Shown here in pieces: positions 1-9,357 of a DNA stretch of 64,000 nt. Source of the DNA: a virus; IMG/VR virus record IMGVR_UViG_3300048583_000198, positions 8,443-72,442 of that record. One strand, written 5' to 3'. The notes beneath the pieces were generated by a model, which searched no databases, was not told the origin of the DNA, and saw nothing but the letters and a program-made list of their open reading frames with translations. The number at the start of each line of letters is the position of its first letter. The stretch's first letter is position 1. Both the position numbers and the translations under genes were made by a program.

Positions 1-2
1 AT

Positions 3-89
3 GACCCCGACTGGTCTTCGGAACTTCATATTCCGAATGGCGCAAGCTATGGCCAGATCGGTGACCTTCTCAACCGAATCAAGAAGTAG
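3..89 (+). CDS. C-terminal end of DNA polymerase (N4 gp39-like), partial
   Basis: Frame 3 reads DPDWSSELHIPNGASYGQIGDLLNRIKK*, resembling the PxW..EL.IPNGA C-terminus of N4-like DNA polymerases; synteny upstream of nuclease and primase. Confidence 0.55.
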   Translation, partial: DPDWSSELHIPNGASYGQIGDLLNRIKK

Positions 90-94
90 TCCAT

Positions 95-1030
95 ATGGCC
101 TATACAAACGAACGTCGCATCCCGCTATCCATTGCGGTATGGCTCGCCAGGGATATGTATTCACGCGATCCTGCGTACATCAGTGGTAGCGAACTTGAAC
201 GCAGCAATCGTCAGATCGTACTCAGTCGACGTACGACACAGGACATTGACCTTGCTCAGCTAATGGCTGCACGCCTGGGTAATGCGATCAACGATGCTAT
301 CGACGCTGCCTGGAAGAGCGACAGGCTCATGGAGTATGTGCGTCTCGCTGGCTACAACCCGCTGTTCGAGTATGACGTGAATCCCGTCATTCCCGATCCG
401 AAGAAAACTCCGATCTATATCCAGAAGCGGTATGAAGAACCGTTCATGGGTAAAGTGCTTTCGGGCGCACCTGACATGATCCTGGGTGGCCGACTGTTCG
501 ATTACAAGAGCACTGCTGTGTTCCTGTACCAGAAAAAGAAGCCCGAAGACTACTTGTGGCAGCTCACCACATACCGGTACCTGGCTCGTGATTACATCAC
601 TGATGATGTGGCTACTATTCAGTTCATCTTGAAGGACTGGAGCAAAGCTCGAGCCAAGGATCCAAATTACCCACAAACTCCGTGTCCAACGATGTTGGTT
701 CCTGTGGGTTCGGCTGAACAATGTAAAGCTCGGCTTGAGAGTCGCATCAATGAGCTGAACGCTCTAATGTCAGCAGATGACAGCGATTTGCCGCTGTGCA
801 CCGATGAAGAATTGTGGCTTGATCCACCGCGATTCGCGTACTATAAGGATCCCCACGCCGCTCCCAATGCTCGAGCTACACGTGTTTTCGACACGATGAC
901 TGAAGCCGTTGCATTCCAAGGATCGAAAGGTGGTGGGGGCCGCATCGACACACGCAAAGGCGAGCCAAGAGCTTGCGACTACTGCACCGCTTCAACTATC
1001 TGCCAACAGAGGGCTTCATGGAGTACGTGA
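95..1030 (+). CDS. PD-(D/E)XK / Cas4-like exonuclease (N4 gp42-like)
   Basis: SGAPD...DYKS and QLTTY motifs; C-terminal CxxC-x5-C; lies before the primase. Confidence 0.75.
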   Translation: MAYTNERRIPLSIAVWLARDMYSRDPAYISGSELERSNRQIVLSRRTTQDIDLAQLMAARLGNAINDAIDAAWKSDRLMEYVRLAGYNPLFEYDVNPVIPDPKKTPIYIQKRYEEPFMGKVLSGAPDMILGGRLFDYKSTAVFLYQKKKPEDYLWQLTTYRYLARDYITDDVATIQFILKDWSKARAKDPNYPQTPCPTMLVPVGSAEQCKARLESRINELNALMSADDSDLPLCTDEELWLDPPRFAYYKDPHAAPNARATRVFDTMTEAVAFQGSKGGGGRIDTRKGEPRACDYCTASTICQQRASWST

Positions 1031-3174
1031 ACCAGCACCATCCGGCGCTAGAGGAGATTTCCAATTTCCTCGTGACCAAGACTCAGAACACGGACACTCC
1101 CTTCTTTCGAATCATGACGGTGTACTTCCTTACGAAGTGCGTCAGCAGCTTGCGAATCAGCGTTCGCACGAGAGATCGTGGTGTCATTCCCATCAATACG
1201 TACGTCATCGCCCTGGCTCCCTCAGGCGCTGGTAAGGGCTACTCGGTCAACACGCTCGAGTACAACTTGCTGGGCAACTTCGCAGAGAAGTTTTGTGGCG
1301 AAATCATGCCAATCGTCGCTGAAGAAACCATTCACGAACTGGCTCTGAAAAAGGCTTTGTCTTCGCAAGATGATCTAGGCGTGATCAAGGATCAACTGCG
1401 AGACGAGCATGCTCGCTCAGGTGACTACCTGTTTAGCTTTGACAGCGGCACGGTGCCAGCCACAAAGCAACTGCGACAGAAAATCCTGATGATGGGTTGT
1501 GGAGCCATCAATCTTCAGGTCGATGAAATCGGATCCAACTTGATTCAGTCGACCGAGTTGCTGAATCTTTTCCTGGAGCTGTACGATCTTGGCTACGCGA
1601 AAGACAAGCTCATCAAGAACACGAGTGAGCAGAATCGTGGAACCATGCTCACAGGATCTAGTCCGGCAAACCTCTTGCTATTTGGCACACCTTCGAAGTT
1701 GCTGGACGGCTCGGGAACTGAGGACAATTTTTTCCAGTTCCTGGAGGCTGGCTACGCTCGCCGCTGTCTCTTCGCATGGGGTCACCCAGCAAAGCCTGAT
1801 GATACGATGTCGCCGGAGGAACTCTTTGACTTGATGGTAACTGCCGCAAACGACAACACGCTCAATCCTTGGAAGGAGCGGCTGGACGAACTGTGTGCAG
1901 CGGAGTATGCCAACAGCGTCATTGACGTGCCTCGTGAGACCAGCGTCGAACTGCTTCGCTACCGTCTCTGGTGTGAAAAGCGAGCTTCGGAGATGGGTGA
2001 CCACGAAGAGCTGGCGAAGACCGAACTCAATCACCGTTACTTCAAATGTCTGAAGTTGGCTGGCGTTTATGCCGCTTTAGACCTTAGTAACCGTGTCGAT
2101 CGACATCATATTCATCAGGCTATGACCCTCGTCGAAGAAAGCGGTGCAGCCTTTGGTCGACTGTTCCAGCGAGAGAGGCCCTACATGCGCCTCAGCAAGT
2201 TCCTGGCGCAGTGTCCGAACGAGATGACCCATGCGGACCTCATGGACGAACTGCCGTTCTATAAGGGCGGTAATACGTCCAGGAACGAAATGATCCAGAT
2301 GGCTTCGGCCTGGGGCTATCGGAACAACATCATCATCAAAAAGACCGTGGTCGATGGGATTGAGTTCTTCCGTGGCGAAACTCTGAAGCAGACCAATCTG
2401 AAGAAGCTTCCGATTGCCTGGTCCACACATGTGGCCTACAACTACCGGAACGAGTTTGCTCCCTGGGAGCAGCTCGGTAAGCTCACCAGCACCAATGGCC
2501 TGCACTGGATCAACCATCACCTGATTGCAGGTGACAACGGTGAAGGCCACCGTACTGAAGACAACTGCAAAACTGGCTTCAGTCTCATTGTGCTGGATGT
2601 CGACAAAGGCATGCAGTTGCCTGAAGCCATTGAGCTTCTGGCTCCGTACGCCTATCGCATCTACACAACCAAGCGTCACGACGATGAGACCAATCATCGC
2701 TTTCGCGTCATCCTTCCCATGAGTCATGAACTCAAGTTGGATGCGAAAGACTACACCCAATTCATGTCAAATCTGGCGAAGTGGGTGCCGTTCGACATGG
2801 ATGAAGCAACGTGGCAGCGATCTCGGAAGTGGGAAAGCTTCGACGGTCAGCAGTATGTCAATGATGGCGAACTGCTTGATGTTCTGCCCTTCATCCCACG
2901 TACGGGACGCAATCTCACGTACATGCAGAGCATCGAGAACCTCACTAATCTGCCTGCAGTTGAACGCTGGTTCGCAAACCAGATTGCTGAGGGCCTGGGA
3001 CGTAACAATCTCTTGTTCCGTTACGGCACGATGCTAATGTCGAAAGGCAAGCCATACGTCGAAGCCGAGGCTATCGTCCGCGACTTCAACGCAAAGCTTC
3101 CAAACCCACTGAGCATCGACGAACTTCGTCGAACTGTCTTCACCACAATGGCTCGCAAGGCCAGAGAATCCTAA
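1018..3174 (+). CDS. DNA primase / primase-helicase (N4 gp43-like)
   Basis: Walker A APSGAGKG, DEIGSNL, LDVD, YTTKRH, RFRVILP, C-terminal PriCT-like GRNNLLF; start moved to ATG 1018. Confidence 0.85.
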   Translation: MEYVNQHHPALEEISNFLVTKTQNTDTPFFRIMTVYFLTKCVSSLRISVRTRDRGVIPINTYVIALAPSGAGKGYSVNTLEYNLLGNFAEKFCGEIMPIVAEETIHELALKKALSSQDDLGVIKDQLRDEHARSGDYLFSFDSGTVPATKQLRQKILMMGCGAINLQVDEIGSNLIQSTELLNLFLELYDLGYAKDKLIKNTSEQNRGTMLTGSSPANLLLFGTPSKLLDGSGTEDNFFQFLEAGYARRCLFAWGHPAKPDDTMSPEELFDLMVTAANDNTLNPWKERLDELCAAEYANSVIDVPRETSVELLRYRLWCEKRASEMGDHEELAKTELNHRYFKCLKLAGVYAALDLSNRVDRHHIHQAMTLVEESGAAFGRLFQRERPYMRLSKFLAQCPNEMTHADLMDELPFYKGGNTSRNEMIQMASAWGYRNNIIIKKTVVDGIEFFRGETLKQTNLKKLPIAWSTHVAYNYRNEFAPWEQLGKLTSTNGLHWINHHLIAGDNGEGHRTEDNCKTGFSLIVLDVDKGMQLPEAIELLAPYAYRIYTTKRHDDETNHRFRVILPMSHELKLDAKDYTQFMSNLAKWVPFDMDEATWQRSRKWESFDGQQYVNDGELLDVLPFIPRTGRNLTYMQSIENLTNLPAVERWFANQIAEGLGRNNLLFRYGTMLMSKGKPYVEAEAIVRDFNAKLPNPLSIDELRRTVFTTMARKARES

Positions 3175-3890
3175 TGTCAGAACAACTCATTCTCATCGAA
3201 GGCTTGTCGGCCTCCGGTAAGTCGCTGTCGCTGTCACATCTGCGAGAGCCGGAAGGCGTTATCCATCTGAATTGTGAGAACAAGCGTCTCCCATTCAAGC
3301 CTGGTAAGCTGCAGACGTACAACATTACCATGCCCGATCAGGTGATCGAAGGCATCCAGTACGCCGACAAGACGGCTTCCGTTCACACGGTCGTGATTGA
3401 CACTCTCGACTTCCTGATGAACATGTACGAGACCAACATCGTTAAGAAGGCGGTCAATGGCCAGAAAGCGTGGGGCGACTACTTCACGTACTTCCAAGAG
3501 CTGATGCAGGTACACATCGCCAACAGCACAAAGCAGTTCATCATCCTGGCTCACTCGCACACCATTCTCGATGAAGAAGCGATGATGAAGACGACTGCTG
3601 TTCCTGTGAAGGGAGCCCTCAAGAACATTGGAGTGGAGAGCTTCTTCACTACCATCGTGATGTCGAAGCAGGTACCTCTGCGTCTGCTCGAACCCTACAA
3701 GAATCCTATGCTCAATGTCAGTGACGATGACAAGGAGCGAGGGATCAAATACGTCTTCCAGACCCGCATGACAAAAGAAAGTGCGGGCGAGAAGATTCGC
3801 TCCCCCCAGGACATGTGGACCAAGGATGAAACCTTCATCGACAACAACATTCAGTTTGTTCTGGATCGTTTGGCTGACTACTACAAGTAA
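3174..3890 (+). CDS. AAA ATPase, Sak4-like (N4 gp44-like)
   Basis: GLSASGKS Walker A, VVIDT Walker B, ILAH. Confidence 0.85.
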   Translation: MSEQLILIEGLSASGKSLSLSHLREPEGVIHLNCENKRLPFKPGKLQTYNITMPDQVIEGIQYADKTASVHTVVIDTLDFLMNMYETNIVKKAVNGQKAWGDYFTYFQELMQVHIANSTKQFIILAHSHTILDEEAMMKTTAVPVKGALKNIGVESFFTTIVMSKQVPLRLLEPYKNPMLNVSDDDKERGIKYVFQTRMTKESAGEKIRSPQDMWTKDETFIDNNIQFVLDRLADYYK

Positions 3891-3901
3891 CGAGGCAACT
3901 C

Positions 3902-4621
3902 ATGGCAAATCTCTTCAGCAATGCGACCAGCGAACTCGCTGGCTCTGAGAAGGAAAAGGATGTCCTTGGTGGACGTTCGCTCCTTCCCACTGGCGTGTAC
4001 GAGGGCACGCTCGACGTGGTTTACATCACCAAGTCTCCGGGTGGTGCCACGGCTTTCAACCTCGTGGTCGACATCGGCGGCAAGAAGGTGCGTGACCAGA
4101 TCTACGTCACGAACCGCGCTGGTGGCGTCACGTACACCAAGGACGGGAAAAAGTTCCCGCTGCCTGGGTACTCTCTCATGAACGCTCTGGCCAAGCTCAC
4201 GGCTGGCAAGGAGATCCCCCAGCTCGAGTTCGAGAAGAAGCTGGTGAAGATCTACAACTTCGATCAGCGGAAGGAAGTTCCGACCGAAGTCGAAGTGGCC
4301 GTGGAGCTGGTCGGTCAGCCGGTGAAGCTCGGTATCGAACAGCATCGTGAGAACAAGAACGCAAAGGATCAGGCTGGCAACTACGTGCCTACCGCTGAGA
4401 TCCGCGAGTTCAACACGATAACTCGTGTGTTCCATGCGCAGACTGGCCAGACGGCTTCTGAGTACAACGCTCAGGCTCCGGCTGAGTTCCTGGCTCTCTG
4501 GGCCAAGGAATTCGAGGGCAAGGTGATCGACAAGACGGCGAAGGGGTCTGTTGCCCCGGCTGCCTCTGGCGGCACTACTGCACCGGCTGGCGGGAAGCCT
4601 TCGCTGTTCGGCGGAGGCTAA
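3902..4621 (+). CDS. single-stranded DNA-binding protein (N4 gp45-like)
   Basis: EKDVLGG, PLPGY motifs, flexible C-tail ending SLFGGG; synteny. Confidence 0.85.
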   Translation: MANLFSNATSELAGSEKEKDVLGGRSLLPTGVYEGTLDVVYITKSPGGATAFNLVVDIGGKKVRDQIYVTNRAGGVTYTKDGKKFPLPGYSLMNALAKLTAGKEIPQLEFEKKLVKIYNFDQRKEVPTEVEVAVELVGQPVKLGIEQHRENKNAKDQAGNYVPTAEIREFNTITRVFHAQTGQTASEYNAQAPAEFLALWAKEFEGKVIDKTAKGSVAPAASGGTTAPAGGKPSLFGGG

Positions 4622-4624
4622 CCA

Positions 4625-4975
4625 ATGAAGATCACCCTGGACGAAGCAACTCTGTCCAAGGCTGTGATCTCCTATCTTCAGGGTGTCGGAGTTCAATCCG
4701 ACATCTTGAAGGTGGACTTCCGTTACACCCGTGTCCCGTACACAGTGTTTGCGGAAGTGGAGCTGGCTGAGGCATTGGCGACCAAGCCGGCAAAGACTCG
4801 TGTTGTGGTGGATAAAGCTGCAGAAAACGCGGATGAAACCGTAGTTGCTGCAATTCCACCGCTGCCACCCGAGTCGCTTGTCGATCCCGACGACCTTCCT
4901 CCCGAGACTCCAGAAGATCCTGAAGAGCCTCGGCCCGAGACGCCTGCTGCTCCGCTCTTTGGCGGTGGTGGCTGA
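4625..4975 (+). CDS. hypothetical protein (N4 gp46-like) with acidic, Pro-rich tail
   Basis: ORF directly after SSB; MKITLDE start; ends PLFGGGG. Confidence 0.7.
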   Translation: MKITLDEATLSKAVISYLQGVGVQSDILKVDFRYTRVPYTVFAEVELAEALATKPAKTRVVVDKAAENADETVVAAIPPLPPESLVDPDDLPPETPEDPEEPRPETPAAPLFGGGG

Positions 4976-5067
4976 TGTGGGCGTACCTCGGGAGATCCGT
5001 GTTAATTGCGGTGGCAACGACAGTTGTTCGCGTCGTGTTGACGCACAACTGGCGGAAGAAACGCTGA
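4975..5067 (+). CDS. 30-aa membrane peptide
   Basis: TGATG overlap with upstream stop; MWAYLGRSVLIAVATTVVRVVLTHNWRKKR. Confidence 0.5.
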   Translation: MWAYLGRSVLIAVATTVVRVVLTHNWRKKR

Positions 5068-5068
5068 A

Positions 5069-5259
5069 CTGAGGCTCATATCCTCAGCAGGAAAGCCGCA
5101 ATGCGGCGCTTGTCCTACTACGTTGTGGACCCTGACACAAGACGCAACACGTAGACCGGTGACGGAGCCTTAACTCCTACTCTGTGCAACCGGAAGCTGG
5201 ACATTGTTTGTGACAATGGCTGGGGAATTGGGGCCGAAAGGCCCCTGTTCCTTAATTCC
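5069..5259 (+). ncRNA. candidate structured non-coding RNA or leader
   Basis: Serial hairpins: CTGAGG/CCTCAG, GCCGC/GCGGC, CTACGT/ACGTAG, CCGGT/ACCGG, CATTGT/ACAATG, GGGCC-GAAA-GGCCC inside GGGAATT/AATTCCC. Confidence 0.4.
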
Positions 5260-5311
5260 CAAGATTCCAGGAGTTTGCGAGAGTATGTCTTCCCCAGCGG
5301 AGGACATTAAG

Positions 5312-5734
5312 GTGAAATTCGAACTCATCGAAGACTACGAGGATGTTCTCGAGCATTGGCCGGACTTTCAAGCTCCGCATGACAATGCCGACAAAATCCC
5401 TGGTGAAGACCATACGTATTGGTTACTGCAGCATGAAGGTCAGAACATTGGTTTGACCTCTGCAGTGTATCGGCCTGAAAAAGGCTATGTTTTCCTGAGT
5501 TATGCGATTATCATCCCGACCTGCAAGATCAAAGGACTGCAGCGGAAGATGATTCAACACCGTCTTCGCTGGGCAAAGAGACAAGGGGCGTACTACGCCG
5601 TGACCTACACTCTTCTGAAGAACTACCCGAGCATGATCAACCTTCTGCGTTGTGGCTTTCGATTTGCGAAAGAGCCTCGTGGATGGGGCAGCCTCGGAGA
5701 AGATGTTCACTATTTCGAGAAGCAACTCACTTGA
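5312..5734 (+). CDS. GNAT-family acetyltransferase
   Basis: KGLQRKMI..RL.WAKRQG and NYPSMINLLRCGF motifs; GGAGG before GTG 5312 (alternative start ATG 5285). Confidence 0.75.
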   Translation: MKFELIEDYEDVLEHWPDFQAPHDNADKIPGEDHTYWLLQHEGQNIGLTSAVYRPEKGYVFLSYAIIIPTCKIKGLQRKMIQHRLRWAKRQGAYYAVTYTLLKNYPSMINLLRCGFRFAKEPRGWGSLGEDVHYFEKQLT

Positions 5735-5740
5735 GGCTCT

Positions 5741-6037
5741 ATGACCGCGAAAGCTAAAAAGACTTCTGCATTGTCTTTGGAAGACCTGGACAAGCAGTAC
5801 AACCCCAACGTGATCATCCCTGCTCGTATTCGTGCTGGCCTTGCCAAGCTGGGTGATCATGCGATGACAGCCATGAACTTCCAGCACGAAGCCAACGTCA
5901 CCACTGTGCAGCTCGCGCAGTTCTCCGAGATGTTCGAGAAACATCAGGTTGTCGTCCGTGATGGCGGCAAACCGAAGACGTTGTGGTGTGGCACTGAAGC
6001 CTTTGCACGTAAAGTGCGGGAGCGTTTAGGCGTATGA
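5741..6037 (+). CDS. hypothetical protein
   Basis: GAGG RBS; ATGA overlap with next gene. Confidence 0.75.
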   Translation: MTAKAKKTSALSLEDLDKQYNPNVIIPARIRAGLAKLGDHAMTAMNFQHEANVTTVQLAQFSEMFEKHQVVVRDGGKPKTLWCGTEAFARKVRERLGV

Positions 6038-7533
6038 GCAAATTCACCCTCGACGAACTGGATCGACAGTTCAACCCTGCGTATGTTCTTCAAACTCCGC
6101 AAACGGTCCTGGCACGAGATCTTCGTCCTGGGTGTAATCGCTTCATCATCACGTCGGCTCAGAACGGTACACCGGTACACGAGAATTTCTGGGCCTGTCT
6201 TCAGAGTGCTGCGAGACACTTGAATGCCGAGATCCTCGTCATTCCAATGCGCTACAAGAACCCGACTTCGGTGTTCTCTGGATCACAGCGCAACCTCGAG
6301 TGGTGGTCACCTGTTGTCACGCCGTTCCTTTGGAACCAGCGTCTTCAGCTAAACCGCAATCTCGTTGTCATGGCTGACTATCAGCTGCAGCCAACTGCTG
6401 TTGATCCGTTGTCAGGCATGGATGGTGTCAGCGGCGACTTCTCTGGCATCTTTGGTCATACCAAGATGCGTCTTCGATCTGTAGCCACGCCACAGAGCAA
6501 GATGGCTAAGACAATCACAACCACTGGTGCTTGCACCGTGGAAAACTACACAGCCAGTCGTGCCGGTAAGACCGCAGAGTTCCACCATGTATTGGGGGCA
6601 CTGCTCGTGGAGCTAAGCGATAACGGTCGGCACTTCTGGCTGCGTCAGCTCTACTACAAGGAAGAGACCAATCGAGTTCTCGACCTTGATGATGCTTACT
6701 ACGTGAACGGTCACCAGAAGGCTCCGCCATGCCTTGCTGGCATTGGTGGTGACACTCACGTTCGCTTCATGGATCCCATGGTTCGTGATGCTCGTTTCCG
6801 TGAAGGCGGCTTCCTGGATACGATCCGTTGTCTCAACTGGATCGAGCACGACCTGCTCGACTCCTACAGCTGCAGTCCGCATCACGACAAGAATCCAATG
6901 ATCTGGTTGGCCAATCGTTTGGCTCAACAAGATTCTATTGCGGATGAGATCGACGAAGTGGCGATGTATCTGGAAGGTCTTCGGGACAGATACCCGACGA
7001 TGCAGATTCATGTCATCACATCGAACCACAATGACATGGCGACGCGAGCAGCCCTGGCATTCATGAAGGGCGGCTTGAAAGCCATTCCTCAGGTTTCGCC
7101 TATCAACCTCCAGTGGCTCGGCCAAACGATAGCCGAGATGGCGGCTGAGTGTAAGCTCGAGGAATGGGGCACAAACTACCCGGATGCCCTCAGTCTCTAC
7201 CTGCGTAAGGTGAAACTGGGCAAGCGAATCCACATGCTCTCAGACCGCGACAGCTTGATGCTGGGCGGCATTGAGCATGCCATGCATGGGCACTACGGCC
7301 CCAATGGCTCTCGCGGCTCTGTGCGCAACCTGGCGCGTATTGGCGTGAAATCCTGGACCGGTCATGGCCACTCGAAGGAAATCTTCGAAGGGGCCAAGCG
7401 AGTTGGTACAGCCACACGGCTCTTTGCTGACTACACCCATGGTCCCAGTTCTTGGACCAATGCCGATGGTCTGACCAATGCCGATGGCAAGGGACAGCTG
7501 ATCGACTACATTGACGGTAAGTTCAGGCTATAA
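6034..7533 (+). CDS. calcineurin-like metallophosphoesterase, T5 A1-like
   Basis: ITSAQNGTPVH, GDTH, HDLLD, SNHND, HGHYGPNGSRGS, GHGHS motifs. Confidence 0.7.
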   Translation: MSKFTLDELDRQFNPAYVLQTPQTVLARDLRPGCNRFIITSAQNGTPVHENFWACLQSAARHLNAEILVIPMRYKNPTSVFSGSQRNLEWWSPVVTPFLWNQRLQLNRNLVVMADYQLQPTAVDPLSGMDGVSGDFSGIFGHTKMRLRSVATPQSKMAKTITTTGACTVENYTASRAGKTAEFHHVLGALLVELSDNGRHFWLRQLYYKEETNRVLDLDDAYYVNGHQKAPPCLAGIGGDTHVRFMDPMVRDARFREGGFLDTIRCLNWIEHDLLDSYSCSPHHDKNPMIWLANRLAQQDSIADEIDEVAMYLEGLRDRYPTMQIHVITSNHNDMATRAALAFMKGGLKAIPQVSPINLQWLGQTIAEMAAECKLEEWGTNYPDALSLYLRKVKLGKRIHMLSDRDSLMLGGIEHAMHGHYGPNGSRGSVRNLARIGVKSWTGHGHSKEIFEGAKRVGTATRLFADYTHGPSSWTNADGLTNADGKGQLIDYIDGKFRL

Positions 7534-7543
7534 GGACTCATTC

Positions 7544-8083
7544 ATGTTGAAGCTGTATAAATCGGGCAAGCACGTTGACCCGCTGAATCTTCGTCCTATG
7601 GACCTGGACATCCTCGACATTGCTCACAACCTGTCTTTGCTCTGTCGTTACACGGGAGCCTACCCATTTCACTACAGCGTCGGTCAGCACAGTCTCCTGG
7701 TTGCTGACCTGATGGCCAAAGACGGACATCCGCCTAACACCGTACTTGCAGGTCTGCTGCATGATGCAGCCGAGTACGTGTACGGCGATGTGAATTACCA
7801 TCTCAAGAAACTTCCTGAGCTGGCTGAGTACAATCGACGCGAGCATGAGTGCAGCAGAATGATCGTGGCTCACTTTGGCTCCACTTGTCACGAGCTTGAT
7901 AAGGTCAAGCCTTACGACCGTCAGGCTGCCTATCTTGAAATGGATGTACGTGATGGAAAGTCGTTTGAGATCGTGTCTCACGCTCCCAAGACGATCTATC
8001 ACCGCTTCCTTCTGAAGTTTGGAGAGTTGACAGGGAATGATCCCTACGACCACTCCTCTTTTCATCTCCCCTCTAATCTCTAG
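7544..8083 (+). CDS. HD-domain phosphohydrolase (YfbR/5'-deoxynucleotidase-like)
   Basis: DIAHNLS..CRYTG, YSVGQHS, LLHDAAEY.GD. Confidence 0.85.
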   Translation: MLKLYKSGKHVDPLNLRPMDLDILDIAHNLSLLCRYTGAYPFHYSVGQHSLLVADLMAKDGHPPNTVLAGLLHDAAEYVYGDVNYHLKKLPELAEYNRREHECSRMIVAHFGSTCHELDKVKPYDRQAAYLEMDVRDGKSFEIVSHAPKTIYHRFLLKFGELTGNDPYDHSSFHLPSNL

Positions 8084-8090
8084 GGCTTCC

Positions 8091-8519
8091 ATGAAAACTC
8101 TCCCTGACGAATCGAAGGTGAGGTATCACTACCCCATCTCGAGTGGCTGTTTGGCCTACTTTCCTGCAGCCTTAGCTGGTGTATCCAAACATTCGTATAT
8201 CGGTGGAGCCAAGTACAACGACGGCGGTTTGGTGCACTTGCGCTACATTTCGACGCAGCACATGGACTGCGTACAGCGGCACCTGATGGACATGCAGGAT
8301 CTGCTGGCAGCTCGGGAGCGTGGCCAGACAACTGTGCCTACGTACGTCTACAACTTCGAGAAGAAAGTCGAAGAACTTGTGGACCTGCCCATCGAAGAAG
8401 CCATCCTGATCGAGTGCAACGCTCTCAGCTGGCGCAGTTTGGCCATCTCTCAGGAACTGCACGAGAAGCTTGGTAACAAGCCGTTAGCCCCTGCTGCTCG
8501 ATTGGAGCCTGCAAAATGA
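8091..8519 (+). CDS. dATP/dGTP diphosphohydrolase-like (DUF5664-like)
   Basis: YFPAALAGVS..S..G..KYN...HMDC..RHL pattern; alternative start 8037. Confidence 0.6.
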   Translation: MKTLPDESKVRYHYPISSGCLAYFPAALAGVSKHSYIGGAKYNDGGLVHLRYISTQHMDCVQRHLMDMQDLLAARERGQTTVPTYVYNFEKKVEELVDLPIEEAILIECNALSWRSLAISQELHEKLGNKPLAPAARLEPAK

Positions 8520-8785
8520 ACACACTCAATATTGAAGTGAATCTCGATGTCGAAGTCGAGTACACCTGTATCTCCAAAGGACGACCAGCAACTGGTCCCA
8601 CGTACAGCTGTGCTGGTGAGCCAGCCGAAGGCGCTGAATTTCAGATTGATAGGGTGATGTGCAATGGCGTTGACATTCTCCTCGCTCTTTCAGAGGACAC
8701 GCTTGATCTACTGCGTGATCATGTCGCGGATGATTACGAAGATCAGGAGCCTGACTACGAAAACCGCGACGACGACGATTACTAA
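8516..8785 (+). CDS. hypothetical acidic protein
   Basis: ATGA overlap, GGAG RBS. Confidence 0.7.
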   Translation: MNTLNIEVNLDVEVEYTCISKGRPATGPTYSCAGEPAEGAEFQIDRVMCNGVDILLALSEDTLDLLRDHVADDYEDQEPDYENRDDDDY

Positions 8786-8798
8786 CCCCGAGGGCAAC

Positions 8799-9356
8799 AT
8801 GAACAGTCTACTGAACGAAGTCCTGCAGTATCTGCAGATCAACGGCTATCGCCGTGCAAGCTTTGACCGCTTGTGTGGAATCCTGCCGAGTGCGGCAACC
8901 TACCATCAGCTGTCGACGCTGATCGAGGAGTACCCGGAGATCTTCCGTTCCTCGAACATCAAGGGCGGTCTCCAGGGCCTGGCTCTGCAGAACGATGTGT
9001 CGATCCAGGAAGCCATTGAGATGGCGACTCCTCCGCCGCCTCCGCCTGTGCCTGAGGAAGACGAGCATCCGCTCGTCACCAGCATGGCCATCGACGCTGA
9101 GATCGTGGATGACTACTACCGCAACCTTGGTAGTGCCATCAAGGCTCCGGAAGGTTCTCCGGCCTACAACACCACGCTCTGCGTGCTCGTGCTCCGCAAC
9201 GGTTTCGTGATCGTTGGCAAGAGCGCCTGTGTCTACAGCGAGAACTTCAACGAAGAGACCGGCAAGCGGTTGGCTCGTGAAGACGCTCTCCGTCAGATCG
9301 GCCCGTTCATGGGCTGGCGCGAGGCTGACAAGCGCGCCATTCTGTCGAGCTTCTGA
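8799..9356 (+). CDS. two-domain protein with C-terminal N4 Gp49/Sf6 gp66-family domain
   Basis: TLCVLVLRNGFVIVGKSACV..ENFNEE.G..LA...A motif after a poly-Pro linker. Confidence 0.75.
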   Translation: MNSLLNEVLQYLQINGYRRASFDRLCGILPSAATYHQLSTLIEEYPEIFRSSNIKGGLQGLALQNDVSIQEAIEMATPPPPPPVPEEDEHPLVTSMAIDAEIVDDYYRNLGSAIKAPEGSPAYNTTLCVLVLRNGFVIVGKSACVYSENFNEETGKRLAREDALRQIGPFMGWREADKRAILSSF

Positions 9357-9357
9357 C

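Noticed and set aside
7544-8519. Complete 2-aminoadenine (Z-DNA) pathway
   Set aside because: No PurZ-like gene is in the window, so only a partial resemblance can be claimed.
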